Shown here piece after piece: positions 10,926-21,028 of a stretch of DNA of 49,552 nucleotides. A program made the position numbers and the translations under genes. Every line of letters starts with the position of its first letter. Positions within the stretch are counted from its first letter, which is position 1. The stretch comes from a virus (lineage: Duplodnaviria; Caudoviricetes), in IMG/VR virus record IMGVR_UViG_3300006872_000002, positions 1 through 49,552 of that record; one strand, given 5' to 3'. The notes beneath the pieces are model-generated. The model was not told the origin of the DNA. It saw nothing but the letters and a program-made list of their open reading frames with translations, and made no database searches.

Positions 10926-12961
10926 TATTTGACCACAACATCAATTGAAATTGCCGTCGCATCATCTGAATCTAATAACAATAATTGGTTTCTTTGTGTT
11001 TCAATGATTGAAGAATCTGGTTGAACATCAATTCTGATATCAGCAGAATCATTAATAGTTTCTACCACAGTTAAGTTATTGATTACTAATTCACCTATTT
11101 GATAATTGATCGTTCCAATTTCTGGAGTTATATCTACTTTTTCTGAATTACTATTATAATAGAATAATCTTAAGGAACCAAATTTAGATTGAACGATTGC
11201 AGATGCACTTGCTTCAGAACCATCACCAGTAATAGTTACAAGAGCCGAAGTGTATCCACTACCCCTCTTGATCACATTAATTGTTTCAACCCGTCCATTT
11301 ACAATAGTTGCTGTAGCGGTCGCACCAGAACCATCACCAGTGATTGTGACATTTGGTGCTTTGGTATAATTAAAACCTGGATTGGTAATAGTGATAGAAT
11401 CTATTCCAGTTGACGAATTAAACACCTCTTCTATGTATGCGGTTCTCAAAACATTCGTTGTATCTCTTGCCATGAAGGCAGTGGATTTCAATGCATGTTG
11501 GATTGGTGCGTGACGAAGTGCTGTACCAAAATTAATTTCATATGTCGTAGATTTGCCCAGAATAGGAGTGAATCGTTTTTCTAATCTCACAGTTGTTTCT
11601 GATCCAATAATAGCAGGAAGAGAATCATCAACTTGTCTTCCAAATTTTGAAATAACAAAACTTGCACCAAATTGATTAAATGTTTCGTTAGCATAATCAA
11701 TGATAGCATCTCGAACAAGAGATGCTACTTGAGTAGAACTAAACAACGTTTCTTTTCCATCAACCTCAACCTTGGTCTCAAATTTCAAGTAAACATAATC
11801 TGGATCCACTAGGACAGGAGTTATGGTCAAAACCGCAAGTGGTGTCAAGATATCAGATACAATTCTACTTTTTTCCGCATCATTTAAAACAACACCATCT
11901 TTTGGAGATATGGATACAAATACTTTTCCATAGACAGGAGGAATATTATCTTCACCACCCCACACAAACACACTTTGGATATTTGGGTATTTTGATTTCA
12001 ATAGAACTTCATAATCATTGTGTGTTACTGCACGTTCTTGTGATGTATATGCAATAGGTGCATTTTTCCTAATAGATTCATCAGTTTCTCTTTCGGATCC
12101 ACCAGAAGCAGAAGATACTGGGGACACTGACACGTTTGAAAACCCACCGATTGAACCAACTGCGAAAGAATTTGCTTTATTCGCACCTTCACCAGAAGTT
12201 GTGAGATAGGTTGCGATAACAATATTTCCATTTGATAGTGATTTTGATATTTTACCATCCCCAAATGTCAATCGATACTTATTATCTGGAGCGGGACTGA
12301 GGAAATAGACTGTACTATTTGATGTTAATGATGTGATATCTTTTGATAAAGTATAAACTTCAGATGCAGTATTTAATGTTGATGGTTGCACAGTAACTAG
12401 TAAAGTACTAGTGTCCACATCATCATTTGGTATGTCGAATTGAGAAGATGGATTTGTTACGGCATCATATGTAAATGTTGCAATCTGTGGTGTACCAGAC
12501 TTGATCTCTAGGTTGTTAAATGTAAATGTACCATTCTCTTTATATACAGTTTGTGCACCATTATTCACAAAGGTATAATTAACCCCATCAATCGCTTCTG
12601 ATTGAAATTGTGTAAAACGTTCAAGTGTCAAAACTGATTGTGTATTTCCACCAGGAGGGGTAACAGTAACATTCACAATTGCAGTTGGTGATCTCCTAGA
12701 GACAGGAAGATAATTTAATGCCTTGGCATGAGACAACAAAGAATTTCTAATTTGTGCACTATCAATAAACAATTCATTTGCCATCATATTGTAATAAAAT
12801 GAATTATAGTAAGTGTTATACGCTAACAAATTGATAAGTATGGATAACGCAGATCCCTCAAAATTGTAATCAAGGAAGGTTTGTTGAGATTGTAGGTATG
12901 CCTTGAGATTGTTTTTAATTGTCTCAAAATCTAATTCCGTGATAATTAATTTCTCTGCCAT
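10925..12961 (-). CDS. gp6: Baseplate wedge subunit gp6
   Basis: ELDFETIK.NLK.YL, DYNFEGS.LS.LI.LLAYNTYY, QERAVT..DY, WGGEDN.PP.YGKVF. Confidence 0.92.
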   Translation of the reverse strand: MAEKLIITELDFETIKNNLKAYLQSQQTFLDYNFEGSALSILINLLAYNTYYNSFYYNMMANELFIDSAQIRNSLLSHAKALNYLPVSRRSPTAIVNVTVTPPGGNTQSVLTLERFTQFQSEAIDGVNYTFVNNGAQTVYKENGTFTFNNLEIKSGTPQIATFTYDAVTNPSSQFDIPNDDVDTSTLLVTVQPSTLNTASEVYTLSKDITSLTSNSTVYFLSPAPDNKYRLTFGDGKISKSLSNGNIVIATYLTTSGEGANKANSFAVGSIGGFSNVSVSPVSSASGGSERETDESIRKNAPIAYTSQERAVTHNDYEVLLKSKYPNIQSVFVWGGEDNIPPVYGKVFVSISPKDGVVLNDAEKSRIVSDILTPLAVLTITPVLVDPDYVYLKFETKVEVDGKETLFSSTQVASLVRDAIIDYANETFNQFGASFVISKFGRQVDDSLPAIIGSETTVRLEKRFTPILGKSTTYEINFGTALRHAPIQHALKSTAFMARDTTNVLRTAYIEEVFNSSTGIDSITITNPGFNYTKAPNVTITGDGSGATATATIVNGRVETINVIKRGSGYTSALVTITGDGSEASASAIVQSKFGSLRLFYYNSNSEKVDITPEIGTINYQIGELVINNLTVVETINDSADIRIDVQPDSSIIETQRNQLLLLDSDDATAISIDVVVK

Positions 12962-12962
12962 G

Positions 12963-13352
12963 TTATCTCACCTTCTCTAGCACAAAGTTAACTGTGAATG
13001 GATTTGGAAATGTGTCAACAAATACTCTCAGAGTTACATCATATCGATTTTCATCTTCATTTGGGGTTACAATCAAAGATTGTACTTTTGCTCTGGGTTC
13101 AAAATTATCTATGGTTTCTTTTATAAATCGAGAAATGTCACGAGCGGTAAAATCTGATACATTTTCAAAGAGCAATTTTCTTACATTTGACCCAATCTCT
13201 GGATGAAAAGGAACTTCATGGTGATTAAGTTGTAAGAGATTTACTATGGATCGAACAACCGAATCTTCATTTCTCTTTAAAACAAGATCCTTCCTAACAG
13301 GATGAATTGTGAAATCGAGGGTAAAGTCTTGATAGATCGTAGTATTCGCCAT
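12963..13352 (-). CDS. gp25: Baseplate wedge protein gp25
   Basis: HPVRKDL, SI.NL, EVPFHPEIGS, NFEPRA (GPW_gp25 family); start moved to the MANTTIY ATG downstream of a CATAAATA late promoter. Confidence 0.9.
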   Translation of the reverse strand: MANTTIYQDFTLDFTIHPVRKDLVLKRNEDSVVRSIVNLLQLNHHEVPFHPEIGSNVRKLLFENVSDFTARDISRFIKETIDNFEPRAKVQSLIVTPNEDENRYDVTLRVFVDTFPNPFTVNFVLEKVR

Positions 13353-13359
13353 AATAAAG

Positions 13360-13367
13360 TATTTATG
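13360..13367 (-). promoter_or_regulatory. Late promoter variant CATAAATA
   Basis: CATAAATA on the minus strand just upstream of the gp25 ATG. Confidence 0.55.
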
Positions 13368-14142
13368 CCGTCCTATTGGCAAGAACGTTCAGAAACCCAC
13401 CTGGATTTGTGTTGCTTATTGTATCAAAAATAAAATGTGCACAAGGATTCTCATTCATAGACTCTAGTGCTAATCCTAGTGCTGCAGATTGGAGTTGATT
13501 TACACAATTGTTGAGGAATTGTGAATCTTTATCCATGATCCCCCTGATTGCATTTGAGATAAGAGCAATTTGATCAGCGATATCTGCCAATGTAGCAGCC
13601 CCTCGTTCAATCTTGTTTAAGAGATTAGCCACATCATTAGTATAAGATTTAAAAGTATCCTGTGAAAATAACCCAGTTGCTCCACCAAGAACCGCCAAGC
13701 ATTCTGATCCTGCACCCAATATGGACATCATATTTTGCATCTGGAGACCAATAGACAATATTTGGGATAGACCTGGTTGTTGAATTCCTTGACTCTTTAG
13801 AATTCCAGATAATCTGCCAGTATGCATTAAAAAATTACCCATTGATGTTCTAACATCTTGAAAAGGGTCTGTTGAAATAAATGTTGATGCATCCGATGCA
13901 GTGAAATTTGGATTGGTGAGTGATCCATTAGAAACATCGGTGATATAAGTTTCCAATCTACTAATAGAGTCACTAAGAAAATTAGTGTCTCTTACCATTG
14001 GGTTGGCAAAAAGTGTACCTGGATTAGTGGTCATTTTATCCAAGAGAGATTGGGTAGTATCTGAGAATCCCTCTGATACAGAAGGAAGTTTTGGTATCTC
14101 AAGACCAGAGGGTATGTGTGAAAAATCTAAATTAAACGCCAT
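13363..14142 (-). CDS. Hypothetical protein between PAAR and gp25
   Basis: 259 aa ORF, tightly packed in the operon; no family recognised. Confidence 0.75.
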   Translation of the reverse strand: MAFNLDFSHIPSGLEIPKLPSVSEGFSDTTQSLLDKMTTNPGTLFANPMVRDTNFLSDSISRLETYITDVSNGSLTNPNFTASDASTFISTDPFQDVRTSMGNFLMHTGRLSGILKSQGIQQPGLSQILSIGLQMQNMMSILGAGSECLAVLGGATGLFSQDTFKSYTNDVANLLNKIERGAATLADIADQIALISNAIRGIMDKDSQFLNNCVNQLQSAALGLALESMNENPCAHFIFDTISNTNPGGFLNVLANRTA

Positions 14143-14144
14143 AG

Positions 14145-14459
14145 TTACCCCGCAAAAACAGTTACAGAACCAGTCATTACAATAGATGAACAGTCTATTT
14201 GGTCAGTTTGTCTAACAAGCGGAACACCATTACAAAATACAGTTGCAGAACCCCCAACACTCACCCCAGAATGAACTTTTATCAAATTGGTGTGTGGTGC
14301 CCATTGATCGGTAACCCTAACTGCAGGAAATCCATTAACAAATACATTGGGTGACCCTGTAATAGCGGGGCGTGGAGGATAGTAAGTGGGCCCTTCTGGA
14401 TGTCCACTACAAACATCTATTCCCATTCGACATACACCTAATGGTACACCACCTGCCAT
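14145..14459 (-). CDS. PAAR spike-tip protein (gp5.4-like)
   Basis: CSGH, GSPNVFVNGFPAVRV.D, GSATVFCNG.P, GSVTVFAG motifs; follows gp5. Confidence 0.9.
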   Translation of the reverse strand: MAGGVPLGVCRMGIDVCSGHPEGPTYYPPRPAITGSPNVFVNGFPAVRVTDQWAPHTNLIKVHSGVSVGGSATVFCNGVPLVRQTDQIDCSSIVMTGSVTVFAG

Positions 14460-14462
14460 GGG

Positions 14463-15497
14463 TTATTCCTCCGAAAACGAACCAGCAGTCACAACGACAA
14501 TTGGTTGTGCTGGTGGAATGACTGATGTTGATGGTCCATTCAAATTTAATGTTAATCCAGTAATATTCATTGGTCCTGTTGCAACATGTGACTGTGTAGC
14601 CGCTTGGGTCTTAATTCCTGTAGTTCCATTTAAGACAATTTCTTTCCCTGCTTCAATATTTACACTTCCCCCGGCTTTCAAATTCAAATTACCACCAGAG
14701 GTAATACTTATATCCCCCTTTACATATACATGCTTGTCAGATAACACAATCTCATATGCACTAGAATGAATACGAGTAACCTTTTTTCCATCTGGGTGGA
14801 TTTCTTCAAATGTCCCAGATCGATGATAAATATGAATTCTCTCAGAACCAGGGGTATCGTCAAATTCTAAAATGTGACCAGATTCAGTTTCCATAACTCT
14901 GTTATAGGGATATACTGCACTATACGAAGTTTGTGGTTCGCTCCAGGTTCCACCACCTGCCTTTGGAACACCTTTTGTCACACTTGTTTTTTTTAGTTGT
15001 ATTGGAGTGTTGGTAATTTTTTCATTTCTTGCTAACCTAGAAAGGGTAGATTCGTTCAATCGTTTGGGGTTCCTTTTTCCATTTCCATTTTTAATTGAAA
15101 CAGATCCACCAACCACAGTAACGGATTCTGGACTTTTTGGTGATTGAGACAATTGTGATGGTGTTCTTGGATCTGCAAACCCTTCAGATTGCCCCCTCTT
15201 CTCAGTAGGAATTCCAGGAACTAACCCCATTACAATTGGAACTTGACTATCAGAACCATCCAAATAAAACCCAACAACATAATCTCCTTCTTTTAAGACT
15301 GGGGAAGATGACCCATCTACAGGGATCATGGGTTGAGCCCAAGGTAAATGATCAGTTGGAAGATCTGCTTTATTTGGGGTGTGGGCACCAACAATACGAA
15401 CACGACAACGACCAACTTTCTTGGGGTCATTCCTATCTTCAACAACACCAACCCACCACACAAACTGTGTTCCAATATTAGGGAATGGTTGATTCAT
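14463..15497 (-). CDS. gp5: Baseplate central spike gp5 (OB fold plus beta-helix, no lysozyme domain)
   Basis: WWVGVVEDRNDP.K.GRCRVRI.G.H, LPWA, YPYNRV.ETESGHILEFDDTPG.ERIH.YH. Confidence 0.92.
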   Translation of the reverse strand: MNQPFPNIGTQFVWWVGVVEDRNDPKKVGRCRVRIVGAHTPNKADLPTDHLPWAQPMIPVDGSSSPVLKEGDYVVGFYLDGSDSQVPIVMGLVPGIPTEKRGQSEGFADPRTPSQLSQSPKSPESVTVVGGSVSIKNGNGKRNPKRLNESTLSRLARNEKITNTPIQLKKTSVTKGVPKAGGGTWSEPQTSYSAVYPYNRVMETESGHILEFDDTPGSERIHIYHRSGTFEEIHPDGKKVTRIHSSAYEIVLSDKHVYVKGDISITSGGNLNLKAGGSVNIEAGKEIVLNGTTGIKTQAATQSHVATGPMNITGLTLNLNGPSTSVIPPAQPIVVVTAGSFSEE

Positions 15498-16804
15498 TAT
15501 AATTCTCTCACTTTATTAACTGCTTGATTTGTACCAACGGGAGACGGCATCCCCACCTTAACAGAATCCTTACTCAATTCAATCGTACAGGTATATTTCG
15601 TTCTATCTATTTTATGATTGATCGCAGTAATTAAATAATTACCACTATAGACATCATCTATTGGTTTTTCATCTTTTGAGGTAATAGCACCAGAAGGAAG
15701 ATTTACAGTCACCACCTGACCAACCCTCATGTACATATTACCTGGAATTTCTATCTTCAACTGAAAATTGTGCAATCCAGACAAATAAGAATTTCTTTGT
15801 ATCATCCAGGTATCAGGTTTTAGAAAACTTGCTGCAACTCGAAAAAATGCATCATGGTGTTCCGTCACAGGAAGTTTTGTTCTATCCTGACCCATATGAA
15901 TATAATTATATGGGTTAGTGTGTTTTGTTTGTGCAAACAACGATGCAGCATTTACAGAACTAACAGAGATTTTTTGTGATAACAAATCAATCATGGTCAA
16001 TTTTCCAGAGTATGCCCCTGTTCCAAATGAACGGATCATATCGGGACTACTGACTAACTCAAAAGTATATGCCCCTTCATATCTTAACTCAGTATCAGAT
16101 TTTTCATTTTTCTCACCATGAAAATTCATAGGACCAAAGTTAATAGACTGTAGAGGCTCCTGCTGCGAAAGCAATTCAATAGAAGAAAAGTGATAGCCTT
16201 CGGAGTCTTCAAAAAACACAAATGAACATCCAGGAGCCTGAGCAGTTCTCGCCATTCTAGACAACCAATTAATTGTATAGAATGGAGTCCAATAAGGAAT
16301 AACTACATCAAAATTCCCCTGTGTTTCTGTAATTGCAGTTGATGGAAACTTTTTAGAATCGATTTTTAAAAACGTAGAACACACATCCTTAATGATGCTG
16401 GAGACGGTTTGCCCTTTATATGATTTTGAAATTTTTTGAGATTCACTGAGAATTGCTTCCTCAGAGCAAAAATGGAGAATGTAACTTTCAGATCCACTTG
16501 ATAGTTTTTTTCTATCTGTTATTTTATAAACCCTAAAAACTTTATCCAATTTCCATGGACTTGATGGTTTAGAAACAGTCACTACCAAAAATTCCATACC
16601 GATTATGGGTAGGATGTTTATTAGATTTTGTGTGTCATTGATTAAGATAGCACCACTCATTGTGTTACCGAACAAATCTTCAGATAAATTTAATTCATAG
16701 ACGATTTGTCTGATATCAACAGGTGTTCCAGATGTACCAATTAATACCAATTGATCAAGACTAAAATCTGTTGCTTTGTCAATTCCATCTGCTGAAGGTG
16801 CCAT
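15497..16804 (-). CDS. Baseplate hub protein (gp27-like)
   Basis: EDLF..TMSG.I.I.D, FVFFEDSEGYHF.SIE.L, IPGN...RVG, SGNYLITAI.H; upstream of gp5. Confidence 0.7.
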   Translation of the reverse strand: MAPSADGIDKATDFSLDQLVLIGTSGTPVDIRQIVYELNLSEDLFGNTMSGAILINDTQNLINILPIIGMEFLVVTVSKPSSPWKLDKVFRVYKITDRKKLSSGSESYILHFCSEEAILSESQKISKSYKGQTVSSIIKDVCSTFLKIDSKKFPSTAITETQGNFDVVIPYWTPFYTINWLSRMARTAQAPGCSFVFFEDSEGYHFSSIELLSQQEPLQSINFGPMNFHGEKNEKSDTELRYEGAYTFELVSSPDMIRSFGTGAYSGKLTMIDLLSQKISVSSVNAASLFAQTKHTNPYNYIHMGQDRTKLPVTEHHDAFFRVAASFLKPDTWMIQRNSYLSGLHNFQLKIEIPGNMYMRVGQVVTVNLPSGAITSKDEKPIDDVYSGNYLITAINHKIDRTKYTCTIELSKDSVKVGMPSPVGTNQAVNKVREL

Positions 16805-16806
16805 AG

Positions 16807-17430
16807 TTAAATTGCCATAATTCTTTCAAGTTCGGAAACAACTTGTGGAATATAATCTGATTTCAACAATTGAATTGTTCTCTTTGATTCATTGTGTTCT
16901 ATCTCATATGTATACGAATCCACAGATGATCGAGTTGTGGTGAGAGTGACAGTTCTTCCATTCTGGAAGGTGTAGACCACAGGAACTAATGATGTCAATG
17001 AATCATATTTTGTTTTATCAATAATACTGGTCTCTGAACTAGTATACCCAGTGGAATCTGCCTTTGTAATAGTCATGGTATAATGATGTGGAGTTGCTTG
17101 TGCAACGGCAATTGATCCATATTTTTCATTTATGAAAGAAACTAGATCTTCATATTTCTTTGGCCAATCTAAGAGAGGATCAAGAATATTATTCAGAAGT
17201 GTGACCACCCAATGATAGTGGGAAGATCCATAATAGGTGTCCGCAATGATTTCTGGGGTGTCTCCATCTAAAATAACATATTCATGAAATAACTCTTTAT
17301 TTTTAAGAATATTCCTAATTGGTGCTGCTCTATGAAATAGATCGGTTGCGTACTCCACTTCACCAGGAGCAACCTTTGGATTTAGAGTATACCCAAATAG
17401 AGGGAAATTGGTAAAATATTCTGCCGGCAT
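16807..17430 (-). CDS. gp53: Baseplate wedge subunit gp53
   Basis: YF.NFP, GDTPEIIA..YYG...YHWVV.LLNNI.DP..DWP, NESKR.I.LL. Confidence 0.9.
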   Translation of the reverse strand: MPAEYFTNFPLFGYTLNPKVAPGEVEYATDLFHRAAPIRNILKNKELFHEYVILDGDTPEIIADTYYGSSHYHWVVTLLNNILDPLLDWPKKYEDLVSFINEKYGSIAVAQATPHHYTMTITKADSTGYTSSETSIIDKTKYDSLTSLVPVVYTFQNGRTVTLTTTRSSVDSYTYEIEHNESKRTIQLLKSDYIPQVVSELERIMAI

Positions 17431-18506
17431 TAGTAGCCCTCTTCTTGTATGAGATCTTTAGTAATGTATTCAAGTTCTCTAAACTGCAATGTTAAACGAG
17501 CATGAACTGGTGAACCATCTGGATAAAATGCCGATCCAGTTGGACCATAATCAACTGTGACATTCTCTAGAACACATGTGGAAATTTTACCCATAGAATT
17601 GACTGAAAATTCAATGTCAAAATCTGATGGTGGGACGAAATAACGACCAAATGCACCACCATTACTAAGAATTTCTGGTGCGGAATGGAACTTAAAAGTC
17701 TTAATAATTTCTTGAACACTTCTTCCTTCGGACGGACTTCTTGGTGCAAATGCAAATTCAAAATTAAATCTTCTGAGTTCTGGTGTTTCATAAATCACAT
17801 CTATTTGTGGATTTAGAGCCAATCCAACAGCAGCAAGACCTTGTTGTGCATCTCCTAGAACCGTACCTAGTCCAAATTCACCCGCAATACCTCTTTTTTC
17901 ATTCGAGGTAATGTTTGCAAGACCACCTTCCAATCCACCCTCCATCACAGATTTAATAAGTGAGGTTCCACCTGCAAGTAACCCCGCTGCTTTACCCAAA
18001 GGATGACCAGATAAACTAACATCTCGATATTGATTCTGATAAGACCATGATAATGTATCCGGCATATACAATCTTATTGCAGTTTTCGTTCTTGATGTTT
18101 TTCTACCAAATCCAATATTGGTACCCTTAAAATTTTTCTGAAGACCTGGACGACCTTGTTGATGAATAGCCACTGTGGATTGAATGGGTTGATTTTTACC
18201 ATTTACTGCAACAACAGATTTACCCTTGCTATCTTTTTTGAATTTTGATAGATCTTGAATGTTAATAAAAAATGTGATGTAATATGGGTGTCTGGTCTCT
18301 TCACCTAGATTAGAAGGGTATTTAATGTAGTTATATTTGTAATTTCTCTGTGATTTTCTTTTTAATGCACCTTGCTCAGGAGTATCTGGTGTAATGGTTT
18401 CTTGAATTGAGCCAATAAGTTTTTTACTTTGTCTATCTGCAAAGTCAACCGCGCCTGTCACGGCTTCCCCTATCTTACCAAAAATTCCATTTTGATCGTC
18501 TGCCAT
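17430..18506 (-). CDS. gp48: Baseplate tail-tube cap gp48
   Basis: AIRLYMP, ALNP....Y..PELR.FNFEF.FAPRS..E, CVL.NV.VDY, LTLQF.E. Confidence 0.85.
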   Translation of the reverse strand: MADDQNGIFGKIGEAVTGAVDFADRQSKKLIGSIQETITPDTPEQGALKRKSQRNYKYNYIKYPSNLGEETRHPYYITFFINIQDLSKFKKDSKGKSVVAVNGKNQPIQSTVAIHQQGRPGLQKNFKGTNIGFGRKTSRTKTAIRLYMPDTLSWSYQNQYRDVSLSGHPLGKAAGLLAGGTSLIKSVMEGGLEGGLANITSNEKRGIAGEFGLGTVLGDAQQGLAAVGLALNPQIDVIYETPELRRFNFEFAFAPRSPSEGRSVQEIIKTFKFHSAPEILSNGGAFGRYFVPPSDFDIEFSVNSMGKISTCVLENVTVDYGPTGSAFYPDGSPVHARLTLQFRELEYITKDLIQEEGY

Positions 18507-18532
18507 AAATACCTCCGATGTCTATATTTATG
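18504..18532. promoter_or_regulatory. Pair of oppositely oriented late promoters (CATAAATA) at the divergent gp48/gp4 junction
   Basis: CATAAATA on + at 18504-18511 (gp4) and on - at 18525-18532 (gp48). Confidence 0.6.
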
Positions 18533-18549
18533 ATGCAAATTGGAGGGTT

Positions 18550-18993
18550 ATGTCCAGAGAATATACCAAAGGTAGGTTCGTTCCCAGATATCCAGAAAAA
18601 TATGCTGGTGACGTGAACAACATCATTTATAGATCTGGATGGGAACTTCAACTTATGACCAGATTGGACATAACCCCCTCGGTAATTTTGTGGAATAGTG
18701 AGGGTCTTGCAATCCCATATCTCTCGCCAGTTGATGGAAAACGACACCGTTATTTTCCAGATCTCTTAATAAAAGTTATGGGTAAAGATGGTAAACATAA
18801 GACATATTTGATCGAGATTAAACCGTATTCCCAAACACAATTGAGAACCCCCAAACGACAAACCAGAAAATTCATCACCGAAGTAGCAACCTTTGCAATA
18901 AACAAAGCAAAATGGCATGCAGCAGAAGAATTTTGTAAGGACCAGGGGTGGGAATTTAGAGTAATTACTGAGAAAGATCACCAATTTATCTAA
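18550..18993 (+). CDS. gp4: Head completion nuclease gp4
   Basis: GRF.P.YPEKY.GD..NIIYRSGWE, IPYLSPVDG..HRYFPD, IEIKP..QT, N.AKW.AA. Confidence 0.92.
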   Translation: MSREYTKGRFVPRYPEKYAGDVNNIIYRSGWELQLMTRLDITPSVILWNSEGLAIPYLSPVDGKRHRYFPDLLIKVMGKDGKHKTYLIEIKPYSQTQLRTPKRQTRKFITEVATFAINKAKWHAAEEFCKDQGWEFRVITEKDHQFI

Positions 18994-18999
18994 TAAATA
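18992..18999 (+). promoter_or_regulatory. Late promoter variant AATAAATA
   Basis: Immediately upstream of the gp2 ATG. Confidence 0.45.
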
Positions 19000-19004
19000 G
19001 AATT

Positions 19005-19601
19005 ATGGCAACAATTATAAAAAAGATAGAAAAGCAGTTAAATGAAGAGGGTCATGCCATCGGTGGGCGAAACGCTAAGAATTGGTTACTTCAGAAAATA
19101 CAACAACTTAATGTACGAGGATCTGATAGAAGAAAAATAATCCAGGAGGGGATACAGAAAAACAAAGCAATTCTTGGTCGATTTTATTTCTTCTTTTATG
19201 ATGCAAAATTAAAAGAAGAACTTCCTTACTGGGATAAGTTTCCACTAGTGGTACCAATACAACAATATCCAGATGGATTTCTTGGATTAAATCTTCATTA
19301 CATTACACCAAGAGACCGTTTGATCTTATTACAACAACTAAAGAAATTTGCAACAGGTTCGTTGGGTGACGAAAAAACTCGGCTAAAACTATCATATCCC
19401 ATATTAAAAGCAACTGCAAATGCATATAGAGCAACCCCATGTATCAAGAGATATCTAGCAAGTCACATTCAATCAAGAGTGATTGAGGTGCCTGCAGATG
19501 AGTGGCAAATTGCTGCGGCACTTCCCTTACAACAATTTAAGAGTATGACCCAAAGCGTTTCAAATCAAAAAGTATGGAACGAGTCAGAGGAAAAATACTA
19601 A
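19005..19601 (+). CDS. gp2: DNA end protector gp2
   Basis: G..Y.F.YDAK.K..LPYWDKFPLV, GFLGLNLHY, PCIKRYL..H. Confidence 0.92.
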   Translation: MATIIKKIEKQLNEEGHAIGGRNAKNWLLQKIQQLNVRGSDRRKIIQEGIQKNKAILGRFYFFFYDAKLKEELPYWDKFPLVVPIQQYPDGFLGLNLHYITPRDRLILLQQLKKFATGSLGDEKTRLKLSYPILKATANAYRATPCIKRYLASHIQSRVIEVPADEWQIAAALPLQQFKSMTQSVSNQKVWNESEEKY

Positions 19602-19602
19602 C

Positions 19603-20265
19603 ATGGCTGGTTTATATCACGAATTCCTTGCTCATTTAAAGAACACAGGTGTTTCAAAAACATCTCACTTCCAAGTACTGATTCCAGTTGATCCAGTATT
19701 AATCAATGATAAAACAACATTTGATTTTGGGAGAGTCCTTGCATTTCGATGTGAAGCAACTGATCTCCCTGGAAGACAACTTGTCACACAGGATAATAGA
19801 ATTTACGGACCAATCTACAAGACCCCCTACCAATCACTCTATCAGGAAGTGACTTTAAATTTCTTAGAAACTCAAGATATGAACATCAGAAAATATTTTG
19901 AATTGTGGATAGATTTTATATTTGAGTCCGCATCGAATAGATTAGCATATCCCAATATGTACAGAAAAGATATTTCCATTACTCAATATGATATATCCCC
20001 TAAACAACAAGATACAGAAATACAAAAAACAATAACTAGACCTAGTAGTTCGGACACACTTGCTCCGATATTAACATGGAATTTAATTTCATCATTTCCG
20101 ACTGCAATTAACCAAATGCCGGTAAGTTGGACTGAAGATGGGTTCCATAGGGTATCTGTAACCATGGCATATGAATACTACTTATTATCAGAACCATCAC
20201 AACCAAAGAAACAAACTAAACCAGAGGGGTCAACAACAAAGAGAAAAACTGGATCTGCAAATTAA
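19603..20265 (+). CDS. gp54: Baseplate-tail tube initiator (gp54/gp19-like)
   Basis: CE.T.LPGR.L.T, YG...K.PY, V.L.F, FE.W, SSFP motifs; synteny after gp2. Confidence 0.7.
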   Translation: MAGLYHEFLAHLKNTGVSKTSHFQVLIPVDPVLINDKTTFDFGRVLAFRCEATDLPGRQLVTQDNRIYGPIYKTPYQSLYQEVTLNFLETQDMNIRKYFELWIDFIFESASNRLAYPNMYRKDISITQYDISPKQQDTEIQKTITRPSSSDTLAPILTWNLISSFPTAINQMPVSWTEDGFHRVSVTMAYEYYLLSEPSQPKKQTKPEGSTTKRKTGSAN

Positions 20266-20278
20266 CAATGAAAGGTGA

Positions 20279-21028
20279 ATGATTATGTCTCTACCTAAAT
20301 TGACTGTGCCATTTTATGACTTGGTGTGTCCATCAGGACAAAAGGTGTCGTTTAGACCATTTTTAGTCAAAGAAGAAAAATTACTACTAATTGCATTAGA
20401 GTCAAAAGATGCAGATACTATTTTTAAAACTGTTTTGCAAATACTACAGAACTGTGTGGGTGATGTATCAGGTATTAAGGTAGAAAAATTACCATTGTTT
20501 GATATTGAATTTCTATTCCTGAACCTTAGAGCAAGAAGCATTGGGGAGCAAGTTCAATTACGATACCAATGTAAAAACACCGTAGCAAATACAGAAACCG
20601 GCATAGAGTCTATTTGTGGTACCATTTCAGAATACCAAATTGATATTTTGAATATTAAACCGACCTTCGGTGCTGGGCATAATAAATACATTGAATTGAC
20701 TGAAACAGTTGGGGTGACTTTAAAATATCCAACATTTCGTTCTTTCCAGAAGGTTGCTAGAAAAGATCTACCACCAGATGAAGCATTTGCATTTTTGTTA
20801 GAGTGTATAGAATCTATCAATGATGCAGATACCGTCACTATGGCATCCGATGTTCATCCCAAAGAACTAGAAGAATTCATTGATATGTTGACACACGAAC
20901 AAATTAGTAAGATGGATAAATTCTTTAATACGATGCCGAAAATTGAAACTGTTGTTAAATTTGAATGTCCAAAATGTGGTGTAAAAGAAAACATTGAGGT
21001 TTCTGGGTTAGATGATTTTTTCGTATAA
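20279..21028 (+). CDS. gp26: Baseplate hub assembly chaperone gp26
   Basis: LPK...P.Y.L..PSG..V.FRPFLVKEEK.LL.A, FDIE.LFL.LRARS.GE, C-terminal CPKC and GL.DFF. Confidence 0.9.
   Translation: MIMSLPKLTVPFYDLVCPSGQKVSFRPFLVKEEKLLLIALESKDADTIFKTVLQILQNCVGDVSGIKVEKLPLFDIEFLFLNLRARSIGEQVQLRYQCKNTVANTETGIESICGTISEYQIDILNIKPTFGAGHNKYIELTETVGVTLKYPTFRSFQKVARKDLPPDEAFAFLLECIESINDADTVTMASDVHPKELEEFIDMLTHEQISKMDKFFNTMPKIETVVKFECPKCGVKENIEVSGLDDFFV

Noticed and set aside
14463-15497. gp5 without lysozyme as a novelty
   Set aside because: Common in non-enteric T4-like phages
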